In this document: piece after piece, positions 63,758 through 64,000 of the stretch
Position numbering within the stretch: position 1 is the first letter of the stretch
How the letters are laid out: each line of letters opens with the position of its first letter
Assembly: GCA_964016885.1 (NCBI GenBank)
Contig: OZ024755.1
Coordinates: 33,418,001-33,482,000 of the forward strand
Length of the DNA: 64,000 nt
DNA from: Eledone cirrhosa
Taxonomy: Eukaryota
Direction: 5' to 3'
Notes under the pieces: model-generated
Database searches by the model: none
What the model was told of the DNA's origin: nothing
What the model saw: the letters and a program-made list of their open reading frames with translations, nothing else
Made by a program: the position numbers and the translations under genes

Positions 63758-64000
63758 ATAAATATGGTTTTATAGATATAGTTTCCATTTATTTAATATC
63801 ATTGTATATATATATATATATAATAGGGTATAAGTATCGTAGGAGAGGAGAAAGCAGAGAGATGCGGAGAGGTGCGATACAGATTACTAAATGCCAATAG
63901 CCAAAGCGGGGTGTGCTCAATGCTTGGGTTAGCAGAGTTAAATATTAGAGGAGATTTAATATTCAGTGTATTGTTCAAGCAGAGCGGGAATAAGCAAATG

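Larger units (their letters stand above)
63591..63804. mobile_element. Palindromic Penelope-like remnant with an HHR on each strand
   Basis: Arms 63591-63685 and 63701-63804; the tail AAATGGAAA..TATAAAACCATATTTATT is shared with the 43500 element. Confidence 0.8.

Overview
Repeat-saturated, AT-rich animal genomic DNA. The SINE/LINE repertoire and (TA)n/(ATG)n density point to a cephalopod, probably Octopus (inference). No host protein-coding gene can be supported. Nearly all listed ORFs come from microsatellites, SINEs or antisense LINE frames. The window holds four tRNA-derived SINE families and decayed RTE, CR1/L2, Vingi-like, CRE-like and R4-like LINE pieces. It also holds a maT/mariner transposase pseudogene, mariner/hAT/pogo/piggyBac-type MITEs, a non-autonomous Helitron, and many minisatellites made by tandem amplification of transposon segments. 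The most interesting signal is invisible in the ORF track: about 13 hammerhead ribozyme (HHR) motifs with both core halves (CUGANGA...GAAA...UH; two read CCGAAGA), plus about 5 variant, degenerate or half copies, from at least 8 unrelated sequence families. Most sit in short non-coding, often palindromic elements inserted in (TA)n tracts, which fits non-autonomous Penelope-like or retrozyme elements. They include a fully paired canonical type I HHR (51407-51496), a twice-conserved U4C core variant (59202, 62992) and a U3-A8 compensatory variant (12256). All folds were read by eye and ribozyme activity is untested.
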